A stretch of DNA of 64,000 nucleotides from Propionibacteriales bacterium (GTDB taxonomy: Bacteria > Actinomycetota > Actinomycetes > Propionibacteriales > Nocardioidaceae): NCBI GenBank assembly GCA_038233355.1, contig JBBSMD010000001.1, forward strand, positions 1,047 to 65,046, written 5' to 3'. The notes under the pieces were generated by a model. That model was given only the letters and a program-made list of their open reading frames with translations. It made no database searches and was not told the origin of the DNA. Shown one piece after another: positions 62,897 to 64,000 of the stretch; position 1 is the stretch's first letter; every line of letters starts with the position of its first letter. The position numbers and the translations under genes were made by a program.

Positions 62897-63739
62897 TCAG
62901 CCAGGTTTGCGTGCCGTGACGTAGCGGTCGCGGCCGGCGAGGTCGCGGTGGTCGCGGACCTCGAGCCACCGGCCCGCGTCCCAGAAGACTTGCGGTGCGC
63001 ACACGCCCTGCTGGTCGGCGTGCTCGGCGCCAACGACACCTCCCGGGCGCAGCAGCCGGTGCGCCGCACGCTCGAGCACCCGGATCAGGTCGAGCCCGTC
63101 GTCCCCGGCCCACAGCGCCCGACCGGGATCGTGGTCTCGACCTTCGACGCTGACCGACTCCCAGGCGGCGAGCGGGATGTACGGGGGGTTGCTCACCACG
63201 ACGTCGACGGCGCTGTCGAGGTCGGCCAGCTCGCGCGCCATGTCTCCGTGCCGAAGGTCGACACCGGTGCCGCTCAGGTTGCGGGCTGCCCAGGTGAAGG
63301 CGTCGTCATCGAGCTCCACGGCGTGCACCCGCGCCCACGGTGCCTCGTCGGCGAGCGCCGCGGCGATGGCGCCGGAACCGGTGCACAGATCCGCCACCAC
63401 CGGGTGCGGGTGGTGCGATCGCGCCCGCTCGAGCGCCGCCAGCGCCCAGCCGGCGACCAGCTCGGTCTCCGGACGTGGCACGAAGACCCCTGGCCCCACC
63501 GCCAGCTCGACCCGCCGGAACGCGGCGTGACCCACGAGGTGCTGCAACGGCACTCGGGTGGCCCGCTGCTCGACGAGGGCGTCGTAGGCCACCGTCTGCC
63601 GCTCGTCCATCGGGATCGAGCGCACCCGCAGACGAGGCACCGCGAGCACGTGGGCTGCGAGCGCCTCGGCGTCGTGACGAGCAGAGGGCACTCCCGCCCG
63701 CTCGAGCCGGTCCACGGCGGCGCGGATCTGCTGGGTCAC
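62897..63739 (-). CDS. prmC: release-factor glutamine N5-methyltransferase
   Basis: 280 aa. [20 protein letters not shown] overlap with the prfA stop. Confidence 0.9.
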   Translation of the reverse strand: MTQQIRAAVDRLERAGVPSARHDAEALAAHVLAVPRLRVRSIPMDERQTVAYDALVEQRATRVPLQHLVGHAAFRRVELAVGPGVFVPRPETELVAGWALAALERARSHHPHPVVADLCTGSGAIAAALADEAPWARVHAVELDDDAFTWAARNLSGTGVDLRHGDMARELADLDSAVDVVVSNPPYIPLAAWESVSVEGRDHDPGRALWAGDDGLDLIRVLERAAHRLLRPGGVVGAEHADQQGVCAPQVFWDAGRWLEVRDHRDLAGRDRYVTARKPG

Positions 63740-64000
63740 GGCGCAAACCCCAGGGCGGCCAGCCGATCCTGCAGATCGGCCTCCATGAGTGCCTCCACGA
63801 GCTCGTCCAGGTAACCGTCGAGCACGTGGTCGAGGTTGTGCGCCTTGTAGCCGATACGGTGATCGGCGATGCGGTTCTCGGGGAAGTTGTAGGTGCGGAT
63901 CCGCTCGGAGCGGTCCACGGTGCGGACCTGTGCGCGGCGTACGTCGGCGGCGTCGGCTGCTGCAGCGTCCCGCGCGGCGGCCAGCAGGCGGGCGCGTAGG
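63736..64000 (-). CDS. prfA: peptide chain release factor 1, C-terminal part (5' end beyond the window)
   Basis: ..[43 protein letters not shown]. The frame stays open to the window edge. Confidence 0.9.
   Translation of the reverse strand, partial: LRARLLAAARDAAAADAADVRRAQVRTVDRSERIRTYNFPENRIADHRIGYKAHNLDHVLDGYLDELVEALMEADLQDRLAALGFAP

Overview
Very GC-rich actinobacterial chromosome segment, about 70% GC or more by eye. Gene order resembles the mycobacterial Rv3009c-Rv3029c and Rv1299-Rv1328 neighbourhoods. My guess is a Nocardioides/Propionibacteriales-like organism, but I cannot verify that. Almost everything is conserved housekeeping. From left to right: gatCAB, ligA, mnmA plus a cysteine desulfurase, etfBA, and a crotonase. 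Next comes glycogen/alpha-glucan metabolism: glgX, glgP, and a tightly overlapped glgE-treS-pep2-glgB operon. Then a YbbN-like thioredoxin protein, nucS, the complete F1Fo ATP synthase operon (atpI-like genes through atpC), wecA, tsaC, prmC and the end of prfA. Wedged into this backbone is a scattered set of B12-dependent acyl-CoA / ethylmalonyl-CoA pathway genes: an IcmA-like mutase subunit with a MarR regulator, meaB, a thiolase, epimerase-ccr, a tandem double Hbd, meaA and a PduO-type adenosyltransferase. I found no tRNA, rRNA, CRISPR array, transposase, integrase or recognisable defence system, and I see no clear novel multi-gene system. The least explained items are listed here. (1) An overlapping membrane-protein plus lipoprotein pair with no recognisable domains (28.8-30.5 kb). 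(2) A small family of long perfect hairpin elements sharing a TGTCACCG...CGGTGACA core (5.26 kb and twice at 46.1 kb). (3) An AT-rich promoter/operator island with GGACGTCC palindromes between the MarR gene and the orphan IcmA-like gene. (4) Several decayed gene remnants: two PIN fragments, an MFS 3' fragment, a VOC/PhnB-like fragment and a half-GNAT fused to a Nudix domain. (5) An unusually high number of short perfect tandem duplications at gene boundaries. All functional calls come from reading the supplied translations and recognising motifs by eye. No database search was run. Many start codons were moved downstream of the ORF-track start, because stop-free high-GC frames inflate ORFs.
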